Source of the DNA: Syntrophaceae bacterium UBA4810
Lineage (GTDB): Bacteria; Desulfobacterota; Syntrophia; Syntrophales; Smithellaceae
DNA length: 55,785 nucleotides
Direction: 5' to 3'
NCBI GenBank assembly: GCA_002402545.1
Contig: DHGA01000011.1
Coordinates: 1 to 55,785 of the forward strand
Under the pieces are notes generated by a model that saw only the letters and a program-made list of their open reading frames with translations, did not search any database and was not told where the DNA came from. Positions 38,467 to 48,579 of the stretch are shown here, in pieces (position 1 is the stretch's first letter; the number at the start of each line of letters is the position of its first letter). A program made the translations under genes and the position numbers.

Positions 38467-38958
38467 TTACACGCCCAGTTTGGAGCGGAAATCTTTCATG
38501 TGCGCTCGGTACTTTTCCACTTCATCGGCAGTCATATCATCGGGGAACCTCAGTTCCACCTGCGTCATGGCATCGACCAGCGTGTTGGAATGCGGAGCGA
38601 TATTCAGGATACCCACCTTGCTGCCGTGATCCAGCTTAATCTTCCCCAGCATAAAATCCGTGACAAACTTGGACTTTTTCGTGAGAATGTTTTTCCATTC
38701 CATAGGTGTTGCCGAAAGAATAAAGTCGCCGACTTTTTTGGCGTTCTCAGCGCTGATAAATTCAACTCTGGCCATCTTGCCGGATTCGAGCGCTGCTCCG
38801 AACAAGATATCCTGATCGATTCCCCATTTAGGTTCAGCCAAAACTTTGAAATAAACCGTCGATGTAAGTTTTTTAAGCGCTTTTTCAAACTTCGGGTTAT
38901 CCCTGTATGCCTGTGCAAAAGCCTCCAGCCATTCCGGTGTGCAGTAAGGTACGGACAT
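38467..38958 (-). CDS. SCP2 (sterol carrier protein 2)-like lipid-binding protein
   Basis: TPEWLEAF...NP, DFILSAT..EWK.IL and M.GKIKL..G. GGAGG RBS. Confidence 0.7.
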   Translation of the reverse strand: MSVPYCTPEWLEAFAQAYRDNPKFEKALKKLTSTVYFKVLAEPKWGIDQDILFGAALESGKMARVEFISAENAKKVGDFILSATPMEWKNILTKKSKFVTDFMLGKIKLDHGSKVGILNIAPHSNTLVDAMTQVELRFPDDMTADEVEKYRAHMKDFRSKLGV

Positions 38959-39000
38959 CGATTAAACCTCCCTTTCTAATTTTTTGGCATCAGCCGAGTG

Positions 39001-40674
39001 TTACGCTTTTTTGCCAAGAATATCTTTAAATTCTTCACGGAGCTCCTTTTTCCAGAGCTTTCCCGTTACCGTCATGGGCAAATCGTCTTTAAATACAACA
39101 ACTTTCGGGACTTCGTAATGAGCGAGTTTTTCCTTGCAGAGGTTGATGATTTCCTCCGCGGTAATTTTTCCGGTAAATTCCTCTTTCGCTCTGACAATCG
39201 CGACAACGCGCTCGCTTCCCTCCTTCTCCGGATCGGGAACACCGATTGTAACCACCATCTGGACACCGGGGTGGCGGAAAATCACCTCATCCACTTTGGT
39301 TGAATAAACTTTCAGCCCGGAAACATTAATCATATCTTTGATGCGGTCTGTTACATAGAAAAACCCCTCGCTGTCCATGTAGCCCAGGTCTCCGGTATGA
39401 AACCAACCTTCTTGAGTGAGACCCGAAGCATCGGGCCAGTACCCTTTCATTACCTGCGGACCACGAATCATGATTTCGCCGGTATCCCCGAAAGGAACAT
39501 CCTCGCCCGTGGCCGTATCCACAACACGGAAATCTGTATCGGGAACGGGAACACCGAGCCCGCGTTTTTCCTTGGACATAAAACCGGTAATTTTAGAAAA
39601 AGCGGAAGGATTAAGGGTCGCAATGGGTGCCGTTTCCGTCAAACCGTAACCCTCGGCGATGGGATTTCCCATATCTTTCATGACCGCTTCACGGACCGAT
39701 TCCGGAAGAGGCGCCGAGCCGGAAAAAAATAGACAGTTTACCCGGCCTATTTTGTAATTGCCGATCCGCATCAGCTGAGTGGGAATGGTGGGAATGAGAA
39801 ACGGGCGATGCTCTTTGATGGTATTCACAATGTTTTCTATATCGCGCGGGTCGGGAGCGATAATCACCCGCAGACTCCAGTGAGCAGCCTGGTGCACAAG
39901 CGCATGCCCGTAAGAATGAAAAAGGGGTATCGTGATGAAGACCGAGGACTTGCCGATGATCGCTCTGGACAATGGTTCCATCATCCAGGCCAGCCCTTGT
40001 ATAAGGTTCGCATACCTGTTGAAATGTGTAATCATGACGCCTTTGGGAAGCCCCGTAGCCCCGCCCGTGAAGGAAAGCTCACAGAGGTCATTGAGAGGAT
40101 CTATTTCCACCGCTACCGCCTTACCCATGTTTTCTTCAATCAGTTTTTTAAATTCCGCGACGCCTGCCGGAAGAGACGCATTTTTTATCTCCTCTGATCC
40201 AAAATCCGGAGCGATAATAATATTTTCCAGCGCCGTTTGTGGTTTCAGCGCCATTACCCGTTGTAAATCGGCTTCGCAACAAATGATAACACGGGCTCCG
40301 GACTGCGTCAGTTCATGTACGAGACCTTCGTCCGTCCTCGCCGTACTGGTGGGTACCGTGGCGGCGCCGGATTTAATGATCCCCCAATCACCGATGACAA
40401 ATTCAATACAATTAGGCAGAAAAAGGCAGACCCGGTCGCCACGTTTTATTCCCATGCCGGCCAGGGCAGAGGCAAAGGCATCCGCCTGTTGTTTCAGCTC
40501 TTTGTATGACATTGTCTTTTCATCGAGCTGCACGGCGGTTTTCCTGCCGTTTACTTCCGCGGCTTTGTCCAAGACTTTCCAGAGCGGCTCAACAGGATAA
40601 GGCGCACAACTTGCTTTCAGTTTGTAAGGCCCCAGTTTGTAGCTCTTCAGCCAAGGTTTGTCAGAATAGTTCAC
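39001..40674 (-). CDS. Long-chain fatty acid-CoA ligase
   Basis: FTGGATGLPKGV, EGYGLTETAP, GEIMIRGPQVMKGYW, TGDLG, DRIKDMI and TGKLWK. Confidence 0.93.
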   Translation of the reverse strand: MNYSDKPWLKSYKLGPYKLKASCAPYPVEPLWKVLDKAAEVNGRKTAVQLDEKTMSYKELKQQADAFASALAGMGIKRGDRVCLFLPNCIEFVIGDWGIIKSGAATVPTSTARTDEGLVHELTQSGARVIICCEADLQRVMALKPQTALENIIIAPDFGSEEIKNASLPAGVAEFKKLIEENMGKAVAVEIDPLNDLCELSFTGGATGLPKGVMITHFNRYANLIQGLAWMMEPLSRAIIGKSSVFITIPLFHSYGHALVHQAAHWSLRVIIAPDPRDIENIVNTIKEHRPFLIPTIPTQLMRIGNYKIGRVNCLFFSGSAPLPESVREAVMKDMGNPIAEGYGLTETAPIATLNPSAFSKITGFMSKEKRGLGVPVPDTDFRVVDTATGEDVPFGDTGEIMIRGPQVMKGYWPDASGLTQEGWFHTGDLGYMDSEGFFYVTDRIKDMINVSGLKVYSTKVDEVIFRHPGVQMVVTIGVPDPEKEGSERVVAIVRAKEEFTGKITAEEIINLCKEKLAHYEVPKVVVFKDDLPMTVTGKLWKKELREEFKDILGKKA

Positions 40675-40689
40675 AGCATTTCTCCTTTA

Positions 40690-42573
40690 TCATTGCATCT
40701 TTTTCACATCTTCTAGCAGCCCATCCAAACCGAGCTCTTTTAGTTTATCCGGCGATGGTATGCCGGTGGCTAAATCCCAGCCGCGGTAGTTATAGTAAGC
40801 ATCCTTGAGCATTTCCAGCGTTTCTGCATCTAACACCATTCCTTCGGCGGGACCTTCCGGCAGAGGTTCTTTCATGAGTCTGTCCGGAAGTATATCGTCT
40901 TTTCTTCTTATACCCTCCCGGTTGCAGTATACCCGGCCCAGGTTGTAAATCCTCTCGCCACATTTTCTGAAATCATCAACGCTGAAATCAGTCCATCCAG
41001 TAGCGTTTCTGATAAGATCAACAAGGTCCTCAGCTTTAAGGAGAGCGCCCATAAATTTGCATCCGCCCAGAGCATCCAAAGAGGTCAGGGCATCCTCCAT
41101 ATCCATAAGAATTTTAGCCTCCTCCGGCTTGGCGTTCAGCGGATCTTCTATGCTGCTTTCCTCGACAATCAGTATCGGTGCGTCGATAAAAGTGGGTGCT
41201 TCAATAAATGCTGTGATATGATCACCGCCTCTGTTCGCCGTTACGAATCCCAAACCGCATATTTTTGCGGCGCGCGGATCGTAAGCCGGCAATTCTAGTC
41301 CCTTCACGTTCATGGCAAAAACGGATGAGCCGCCACCGAGTTTTTCCGCCATAACTTTTGTTCCTTCTGCCAACAAGTCGCCAATTCCTTCCCGCTTCGC
41401 GATTTTTTCCACAAGTTCGACAATGAGATCAGCGTCGCCGAATTTAATGTCGATGCCCCCGGTCATCTCTTTGGTCAAAATGCCTTTCTCAAAGCATTCC
41501 ATGGCAAAGGCAATGGATGATCCTGCTGAGATTGTATCGAGACCGTATTCGTTACAAAGATAGTTGGCCATGGTGACCGCATTCATGTCCGCTATGCCGC
41601 AACAGGCCCCGAACATGTTGGTCGTCTCATATTCCGGTCCCTCGCCACTCCTTCCCGCCCACTTGCCTTGCTTAATCGCCGTGCCACGGCCGCAGGCGAT
41701 GGGACAACCGAAACACGCCAATTCTTTAACCAGTACTTTTTCGGTCATGGCCTGCCCGTTCATTTCCTCAATCTGATCGAAGACACCTTTTTGCCAGTTC
41801 AGAGTGGGATATCCGCCCCGCGCGTTAACCATATCAGCAACCAGATTGGTCCCGAAAGCCTCGAATCCAACCTTGAGCACAGACTCATTGAGATAGCCAA
41901 TCTGCTTTTTGGAAATTTTCTTGAACTCCTCCGAGTCATGGAGTTCAATCTTGGTTTTACCGGAACAAACAACAGCCTTGAGTTTTTTGGAGCCCATCAC
42001 CGCTCCCAAACCGCAACGCCCTACGGCGCGATGGCTGTTATTCATGATGGCCGAGTATCTTACAAGGTTTTCTCCTGCCTGGCCGATAGAGGCGGTAATG
42101 GGTTTTGGAACCGCGCCTTTCTGAATAATGTCCTCCGTTTCATTGACGCTTTTTCCCCACAGATGCCCCGCGTCTTTGAGCGTTGCTTTGCCGTCAGCGA
42201 TTTCCAGGTACACCGGTTTTGGCGAAACTCCTTCGATAATGATTCCGTCATAACCGCTTCTTTTGAGCATAGGACCGAAGTTTCCGCCGGAGTTTCCATG
42301 CCCCCATATCCCGGTCAGGGGCGACTTGGCGACAACGGAATAACGGGCGGCGCTGGCCGATGTTGTCCCCGTAAGCGGCCCGGTCATGAAAATAAGTTTA
42401 TTATCTGCCCCCAGGGGATCCACGCCGGCAGGGACTTCTTCATATAGGTAACTCGTGGCAATCCCCACGCCGCCGAGATATTTACGCATTTTGTCTTCCG
42501 AGATGCGCTCTTCGGATATTGATCCTTTGGTCAGGTTAACCCTCAATATCTTTCCCATAAAACCATTTCCCAT
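40690..42573 (-). CDS. aor: Aldehyde:ferredoxin oxidoreductase (W/Mo AOR family)
   Basis: GKILRVNLT, KSPLTG, GRCGLGAVMGSKKLKA, CFGCPIACGR, GPEYET, EYGLDTIS, VKGLELPAYDPR and YYNYRGWD. Confidence 0.94.
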   Translation of the reverse strand: MGNGFMGKILRVNLTKGSISEERISEDKMRKYLGGVGIATSYLYEEVPAGVDPLGADNKLIFMTGPLTGTTSASAARYSVVAKSPLTGIWGHGNSGGNFGPMLKRSGYDGIIIEGVSPKPVYLEIADGKATLKDAGHLWGKSVNETEDIIQKGAVPKPITASIGQAGENLVRYSAIMNNSHRAVGRCGLGAVMGSKKLKAVVCSGKTKIELHDSEEFKKISKKQIGYLNESVLKVGFEAFGTNLVADMVNARGGYPTLNWQKGVFDQIEEMNGQAMTEKVLVKELACFGCPIACGRGTAIKQGKWAGRSGEGPEYETTNMFGACCGIADMNAVTMANYLCNEYGLDTISAGSSIAFAMECFEKGILTKEMTGGIDIKFGDADLIVELVEKIAKREGIGDLLAEGTKVMAEKLGGGSSVFAMNVKGLELPAYDPRAAKICGLGFVTANRGGDHITAFIEAPTFIDAPILIVEESSIEDPLNAKPEEAKILMDMEDALTSLDALGGCKFMGALLKAEDLVDLIRNATGWTDFSVDDFRKCGERIYNLGRVYCNREGIRRKDDILPDRLMKEPLPEGPAEGMVLDAETLEMLKDAYYNYRGWDLATGIPSPDKLKELGLDGLLEDVKKMQ

Positions 42574-42645
42574 AATTCCTCCTGCAAATGACTGCTAAGT
42601 TCCTTTATAAAGGGGCTTGCCCCTCATGCAATTTATTATTAATTC

Positions 42646-44337
42646 TTAAGCTATTGGCTGATGCTTCGATTTCTTCAGCAAATAATCCTTCACGCCCCAT
42701 GCTTCTTCCGCTTTCAGGTGCCTGATCTTGCCGCTTTTTGGCTGGATATAAGACATCGCTCTTTCGGCAAACGCCAAAATAGACAATGCGGGATTTACGC
42801 CAAGATTTTCTGGCATTTGTGAGGCATCACAAACCAGCATATTATGATATCCTTTAATCCGGTTTTCTTCATCAATAACCCCGTTGTCAGGCGCCTGCCC
42901 GATCGTGCAGCCGCCCATGATGTGCGCGGTAATCGGCGCGTCCATCCAATTCTCTGTTGTGATATTAGCGGGGGTGCCGTCCATTCGCTTGGCCAAGCGC
43001 CTTGCAAAGTCGTAGCCGATGGGAATCCAGGTTGGATTTTTTTTCTCCGTTCCGTACGATGAAGTCAGCGTCCTGGAAAAAGGCCACAGGAACCTTCGTT
43101 TTCTCTGAATGATAATATAATTATCAAGGGTCTGCATGATGAGAAGAATAATGGAACGCTGGGCAAATCCTATGGGATTACATACCCGCAGAAAAGTGAT
43201 CGGATGAAAAAGGGCGTTAAAAAACGCTTTAATCTGCCGCGGTATCTTGCCGCCGCCTTCCGTCATGATTCCCGTGAGCAATCCCATAAAATCATGGCCT
43301 TTGCCGTAACGCACCGGTTCAATGTGAGTACTCTCATCGGGGTGAACGCTTGAGGTAATGGCAACCCCCTTGCTGAAATCCGCGTCTTTGGACTTCGCTT
43401 TCACGCCGATTATTGATTCACTGTTGGTACGGGAAAATTTTCCGATATGATCGGAAATCAGCGGGAGACGCCCGGTCTGTTTTAATTTCATCAAAAGAGA
43501 CAGCGTGCCGATGACGCCGGCGCCAAGAACAATCCCTTTAGTTTTGAACGTCTTCCCACCTAGTCGACCCAGCAATCCCGTTGTTTTTTTTGATTTGACG
43601 ATATATCCCTGGTCGCCATTGGGCGACAGCGGAATAATGTCATAGACCTTTTGCTCGGCAAAAATTTGAGCCCCGAATTTTTCGGCAAAATAGAGATAGT
43701 TTTTATCCAGAGAGTTCTTAGCGTTTTTTTTGCATCCCGTCATGCACTCGCCGCATAGTTCGCAGCCGACGCGGTCCGGCCCCTCGCCAAAGAAATACGG
43801 GTCCTCTTCAGGCATTTTTTCTTTGCCATAAAAGACAGCGACATCCGTTGTGGTGTAGGTGTGTTCTCGGCCGATCTCCGCGGCTGTTTCTTTTAAGAGC
43901 TGATCCTGGGGGGTGGCAACAGGATTAGGCACAACCCCGACCATTTTTTTCGCGATATCGTAAAAAGGCAACAATTCCTTTTTCCCACCAAGCCGTTTGA
44001 TGGTTTCACGTTCAAAAAATACCGGAGGAGGAGTATACATCGTGTTGGCATAGTTAAGACTTCCTCCACCCACCCCGGCGCCTGCCAATATAAACACATC
44101 CCTCAGAAGATGCATTCTTTGTATGCCATAGCAGCCAAAGGCGGGAAGCCACATAAACTTTTTAACGTTCCAGTTGCTTTTGGGAAATTCATCGGCATGC
44201 CACCTCTTTCCGGATTCGATAACGCCTACTTTGTATCCTTTCTGGGAAAGACGCATTGCGGCGACGCTGCCGCCAAAACCCGATCCGACAACAACATAAT
44301 CAAAATCAAATTTGTTTATGCCTGCATTTGTGCTCAT
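42646..44337 (-). CDS. GMC oxidoreductase, ChoD (cholesterol oxidase-like) subfamily
   Basis: VVGSGFGGSVAAMRL, GAGVGGGSLNYAN, CELCGECMTGC, TNSESI, TAHIMGG and LGVNPAL. Confidence 0.9.
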   Translation of the reverse strand: MSTNAGINKFDFDYVVVGSGFGGSVAAMRLSQKGYKVGVIESGKRWHADEFPKSNWNVKKFMWLPAFGCYGIQRMHLLRDVFILAGAGVGGGSLNYANTMYTPPPVFFERETIKRLGGKKELLPFYDIAKKMVGVVPNPVATPQDQLLKETAAEIGREHTYTTTDVAVFYGKEKMPEEDPYFFGEGPDRVGCELCGECMTGCKKNAKNSLDKNYLYFAEKFGAQIFAEQKVYDIIPLSPNGDQGYIVKSKKTTGLLGRLGGKTFKTKGIVLGAGVIGTLSLLMKLKQTGRLPLISDHIGKFSRTNSESIIGVKAKSKDADFSKGVAITSSVHPDESTHIEPVRYGKGHDFMGLLTGIMTEGGGKIPRQIKAFFNALFHPITFLRVCNPIGFAQRSIILLIMQTLDNYIIIQRKRRFLWPFSRTLTSSYGTEKKNPTWIPIGYDFARRLAKRMDGTPANITTENWMDAPITAHIMGGCTIGQAPDNGVIDEENRIKGYHNMLVCDASQMPENLGVNPALSILAFAERAMSYIQPKSGKIRHLKAEEAWGVKDYLLKKSKHQPIA

Positions 44338-44520
44338 GGGGGATCCTCCTGATACTTAAACGTATATTTTGCATTCTTTGTGGATGGATGATAATTATTC
44401 AAACGTGACAACTTCCAAAATAAGCGTTTAACCTAATGATAGCAATTTTCTGTTTACACTTCAATTTAGCTGGGTTCGGCACCAGGCAAATTCCTGCAAA
44501 AATACCCGCATTATTTTTTA

Positions 44521-44549
44521 ATTATATTCCCGCTTTAATTGACTGTCAA
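44521..44549 (-). promoter_or_regulatory. Consensus sigma70 promoter of the GMC-AOR operon, with a palindrome over the -35
   Basis: TTGACA-N17-TATAAT on the minus strand. TTGAC-T-GTCAA palindrome at 44539-44549. Confidence 0.75.
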
Positions 44550-44582
44550 CTGTTTAAAGTTTTTTATTAAAAAGACTTCCCC

Positions 44583-44640
44583 AAAAAACATAGCCGCGGG
44601 GCCATTTCTTTAATATATCAAGAAAATGACCCCGCGGTTT
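44583..44640 (-). terminator. Terminator after the membrane hydrolase
   Basis: CCGCGGGGTCATTTTCTT...AAGAAATGGCCCCGCGG followed by CTATGTTTTTT on the minus strand. Confidence 0.7.
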
Positions 44641-44659
44641 ATGTCACCTCAACAATCAG

Positions 44660-46432
44660 TTAAAACGCGAAATGTGTCGCCTGTCCGGCAACAATTATCC
44701 ACGTAATCAGCATGGCATTGAGAAACGCGCCGGTGTAAATATGCCCTGTTTTTCGGTAAAAGTAGGTCGAAATCAGCGCCACAATAGTGAATATCGGGAA
44801 GAACTGGAACATCACAATATACCACAGAGCGGCTTCCGGTATCGCCAGAGTACCGCCGGCGAAAAACGGCAGGTAGCCCAGGGTTTCAAAAATAATATAC
44901 GCGGTAATGAGCAGGAAAATATTGATGAGCATTTCCTGCCATGCCTTCAGCTCGCCTTTTTTACCGCAGCGCAGCTCGCCGTGCAAAATCATGCCGATAA
45001 TCAGGAAATAGAAAGCAAACGGAATCAGATAGCTCAGGAAGATGCGAAAATGCAGCAGCGTCATTGGCTTTATCGCGAACACCCAGAGACGGTAATCGGT
45101 GGTGAAAACTAAATGTGAAAAAAGCAGCGTCAAGTACGCCGCAACGCAGATAATCAGGGCAAGCAGAAAGGATTTCCCGATTTTTTTAAAATCTAGGCCC
45201 TTGTTCTTCCAGGTTACACCATAATTCACAAAACTTGCTTTTTTCTTTCGGTTAAAAAACACATGCCACAGGATAAACAAAATTAACGAAATAACCGCCA
45301 CAGTGCACGCCCACATCATGATTACCGTGGTATTTATCTGAGCGAAAAGCGCTGTTGGATTGAGCTTCTCCGGAGCAGAATAACCGATAGCCCACAAAAA
45401 TACCGGCAGGGGAATCAGCACCGTTAAAACGGCGCCCACCCACCAGCCGAAGCCGTTAGCTGATTTAATTTGCGCCGGTTTTTCGCTAATTTCTTTGAAA
45501 AATTTGGTCTGCAGCAAGAGCTGCCCTAGGGGGAAGATAAGCAGCAGCATGCCCAGCATGGCAATGAAAGTGCCTATTTCTTTCCAGTACCAGATCTGAC
45601 TGGAAACAGGAATATCTTTGCCGCCCTTAAGCGTCATCTGCATCCATTCAACCGCATTCCCGATTCCTTCTTGGGAAAAATGAACGCGCGGGTGAATAAT
45701 CGGCGGCTGATACAATTTTCTTGCCGTACCTTTTTCGATGGAACCGTAAAGCTTGCCCACTTCCACGTCTTCAGTCGTGCCGAACAATTTTTTCAGTTTA
45801 TCCGTTTTTACGATATCTGCCGGAATCGCCGCGCCCCACATTAACTGAGAAAATTCATCGTATTTGGAAAAAATAAGCGCCGTGTTGCGCGGGAAGGTTT
45901 CCGTCCCTTCGGGTATGCCGAAAGTTCCCGTCGAGGAACTTGCCAGAACAACCGCTTTATATCCTTTAGGATTGGTGGCGGCCGCCACCACCGATGCCCA
46001 CCCACCCATGGAATGTCCTTCCAGACCGATATTGTCAAGATCAACAATATCCAGAGTGCGTAAATAGGCAAGCGAATCCATCCCTCCGAAACCTTGGGCG
46101 AACGCAGGCGGGTCGGAAAAACCATGTCCGGTTTGATCAACCGCCAGAACGACATACCCACGTCGGGCAAATTCGATGGCAAAACCATCCTGTGTTTCGC
46201 GGGAGTTAATATATCCGTGCGTGGCCACAATGCCGGGTGCTGGTTTTTCTTTGCTCACCCCGGCAGGAATATATAAAAGAGCGCTCACCATTTTGCCGTT
46301 GGATGCCTTGAAGCGTATATCCTTAATTTTGATGGTGCCCCCGGATGTCTGGATTAAATAAGCCAGTAAGCCCCCGCCAATGATTAAAATCAGGGCTATC
46401 ACAATCAACCATTTGCATTTTTTTGTGTCCAT
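44660..46432 (-). CDS. Alpha/beta hydrolase with a C-terminal multi-TM domain
   Basis: N-terminal anchor, HGY, GHG.S, GHSMGG nucleophile elbow and about eight C-terminal TM helices. Confidence 0.85.
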   Translation of the reverse strand: MDTKKCKWLIVIALILIIGGGLLAYLIQTSGGTIKIKDIRFKASNGKMVSALLYIPAGVSKEKPAPGIVATHGYINSRETQDGFAIEFARRGYVVLAVDQTGHGFSDPPAFAQGFGGMDSLAYLRTLDIVDLDNIGLEGHSMGGWASVVAAATNPKGYKAVVLASSSTGTFGIPEGTETFPRNTALIFSKYDEFSQLMWGAAIPADIVKTDKLKKLFGTTEDVEVGKLYGSIEKGTARKLYQPPIIHPRVHFSQEGIGNAVEWMQMTLKGGKDIPVSSQIWYWKEIGTFIAMLGMLLLIFPLGQLLLQTKFFKEISEKPAQIKSANGFGWWVGAVLTVLIPLPVFLWAIGYSAPEKLNPTALFAQINTTVIMMWACTVAVISLILFILWHVFFNRKKKASFVNYGVTWKNKGLDFKKIGKSFLLALIICVAAYLTLLFSHLVFTTDYRLWVFAIKPMTLLHFRIFLSYLIPFAFYFLIIGMILHGELRCGKKGELKAWQEMLINIFLLITAYIIFETLGYLPFFAGGTLAIPEAALWYIVMFQFFPIFTIVALISTYFYRKTGHIYTGAFLNAMLITWIIVAGQATHFAF

Positions 46433-46710
46433 AGCTCCTCCTCATTTATGCCTGTTATTTTAATAAGTTAACCCTTTGACGACGCGAAGAGACCTCTGAA
46501 TAAATACATGAATTATTATAACACCTTGGGTGGGGCACGACAGATAGTTAAGGATAAAAAAAGATTAAAAATGAATTGATATTCAAGAATTACACGGGAA
46601 AAGAAAAAAACTTTCTCGCAGGGCGCTCTTTTTCCCCCGGCGAACCAGACGTTTCTTTTGACGGATCTCATAGACACCACCAAAAATATCGTTAAACATC
46701 GCCAAGGGTC

Positions 46711-46757
46711 AAAAAACACATTGCCGATATAATGTCAAATTATATTCGGCAATGTGT
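46711..46757 (-). terminator. Terminator after ppdK-pckG
   Basis: ACACATTGCCGA..TATAAT / ATTATA..TCGGCAATGTGT inverted repeat with a minus-strand U tract. Confidence 0.7.
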
Positions 46758-46774
46758 CTGGTGTGCTATTATTT

Positions 46775-48556
46775 TCAACCTAACCGTTTTTTAAGTTCAT
46801 CCAGTTGTTGTTTCAGGCGTCCAGGCAGTCGCCCACTGAATTTTTCAAAGTGTTTTTCGATATCCGGAATCTCCGCTTTCCAGGCAGCAAGGTCAACTTT
46901 TAGCAATTCTTCCATATCCGCCACGGGAACACTCAAACCTTTCAGATCAAGGTCTTCTTTTTTAGGCAAGAGCCCTATGGGGGTTTTCACCGCGTCAACT
47001 TTTCCTTCCACTCTCTCGCACATCCACTTCAGTACGCGGCTGTTTTCGCCGAATCCCGGCCAAAGCCAGCGACCGTCAGAAGTTTTTCTAAACCAGTTGA
47101 CGTAGAAAATGCGCGGCGCTTTGTCTTTTAATCTATCGCCCATGTTGAGCCAGTGCTGAAAATAATCTCCCATGTTATAACCGCAAAAAGGCTGCATGGC
47201 AAAGGGGTCACGCCGCAGATTCCCCACCGCGCCGATGTTGGCGGCGGTTGTCTCCGATGAGGCGGTCGCGCCCAGGAAAACGCCGTGATCAAAATCGTAA
47301 GCTTCATTTACCAGCGGGACAACACCGGCGCGGCGGCCGCCGAAAACAAAAATATCAATGGGCACGCCTTGGGGCTTTTCCCAATCTTCCGAAATAACCG
47401 GGCACTGCGCCGCAGGCGCGGTGAAGCGGGCGTTGGGATGAGCGGCGGGTTCTTTAGTTTCACCAGGCCAGTCGCGCCCCTTCCAGTCGATGGCATGCTT
47501 GGGAGGCGCTCCATCCATGCCTTCCCACCACACATCGCCGTCATCGGTTAAAGCACAGTTGGTAAAAATAATATTTTCTTTGATTGTGTCCATCGCCATG
47601 GGATTGGAATCATAAGATGTTCCCGGCGCAACGCCGAAGAATCCGGCTTCAGGATTGATGGCGTAAAGACGCCCGTCCGGACCTATTTTCATCCAGGCGA
47701 TGTCATCGCCGATACATTCGCATTTCCAGCCGGAAACAGTCGGCTGCAGCATGGCCAGATTGGTTTTGCCGCAGGCTGAAGGAAAAGCCGCCGCGATATG
47801 ATATTGTTTTCCTTCAGGGCTGGTCAGACGCAGGATCAGCATGTGTTCCGCCATCCAGCCTTCCCTTTTAGCCATAGCCGAGGCAATACGCAAAGCCAGG
47901 CATTTTTTACCCAAAAGCGCGTTTCCTCCGTAGCCGGAACCAAAAGACCAGATGAGATTTTCCTGCGGGAAATGGCTGATGTATTTTTTCTCCATGGGTG
48001 CGCAGGGCCAGGCAACATCTTTTTGCCCTTTTTCCAGCGGCGCGCCGATGGAGTGCAGGCAGGGAATAAATTCACCATTCGCTCCCAGTTTATCAATAAC
48101 TTTTTTTCCCACGCGCGTCATAATATGCATGTTACAGACAACGTAGGGGCTGTCCGTAATCTCTATCCCTATTTTGGCAATAGGCGAATCAACCGGCCCC
48201 ATGGAAAAAGGAATCACATAGAGCGTGCGCCCTTTCATGCATCCTTTATAAAGCGTTTTCATCGTCGCCTTTAATTCATCAGGATGAAGCCAATTATTCG
48301 TTGGCCCGGCTTCACTCTGCTCGGGCGTGCTGATATAGGTTCTGTCTTCCACTCTGGCGACGTCAGAGGGATCGGAACGAAACAAAAAGCTGTTCTTTCT
48401 TTTCTTAAGCGGTGTTGCACTGCCGCTGTTCACCATCTGCGTCATCAGGCGGTCATATTCCTCTTTAGAACCGTCACACCAGTAGACACTTTCCGGTTGG
48501 CACATTTCTTCAACTCCTTTAACCCAGTCTTTCAGCTTTTTGTTTTTTATCTCCAT
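46775..48556 (-). CDS. pckG: Phosphoenolpyruvate carboxykinase (GTP)
   Basis: [42 protein letters not shown] and HPNARF. Confidence 0.98.
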   Translation of the reverse strand: MEIKNKKLKDWVKGVEEMCQPESVYWCDGSKEEYDRLMTQMVNSGSATPLKKRKNSFLFRSDPSDVARVEDRTYISTPEQSEAGPTNNWLHPDELKATMKTLYKGCMKGRTLYVIPFSMGPVDSPIAKIGIEITDSPYVVCNMHIMTRVGKKVIDKLGANGEFIPCLHSIGAPLEKGQKDVAWPCAPMEKKYISHFPQENLIWSFGSGYGGNALLGKKCLALRIASAMAKREGWMAEHMLILRLTSPEGKQYHIAAAFPSACGKTNLAMLQPTVSGWKCECIGDDIAWMKIGPDGRLYAINPEAGFFGVAPGTSYDSNPMAMDTIKENIIFTNCALTDDGDVWWEGMDGAPPKHAIDWKGRDWPGETKEPAAHPNARFTAPAAQCPVISEDWEKPQGVPIDIFVFGGRRAGVVPLVNEAYDFDHGVFLGATASSETTAANIGAVGNLRRDPFAMQPFCGYNMGDYFQHWLNMGDRLKDKAPRIFYVNWFRKTSDGRWLWPGFGENSRVLKWMCERVEGKVDAVKTPIGLLPKKEDLDLKGLSVPVADMEELLKVDLAAWKAEIPDIEKHFEKFSGRLPGRLKQQLDELKKRLG

Positions 48557-48579
48557 ATATAAACCTTTCTTTTTTTAGA

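Noticed and set aside
44340..44515. Moco/Tuco riboswitch ahead of the AOR operon
   Set aside because: Only a short TATTTTGGAA resemblance. I could not build the conserved helices by eye, so an Rfam scan is needed.
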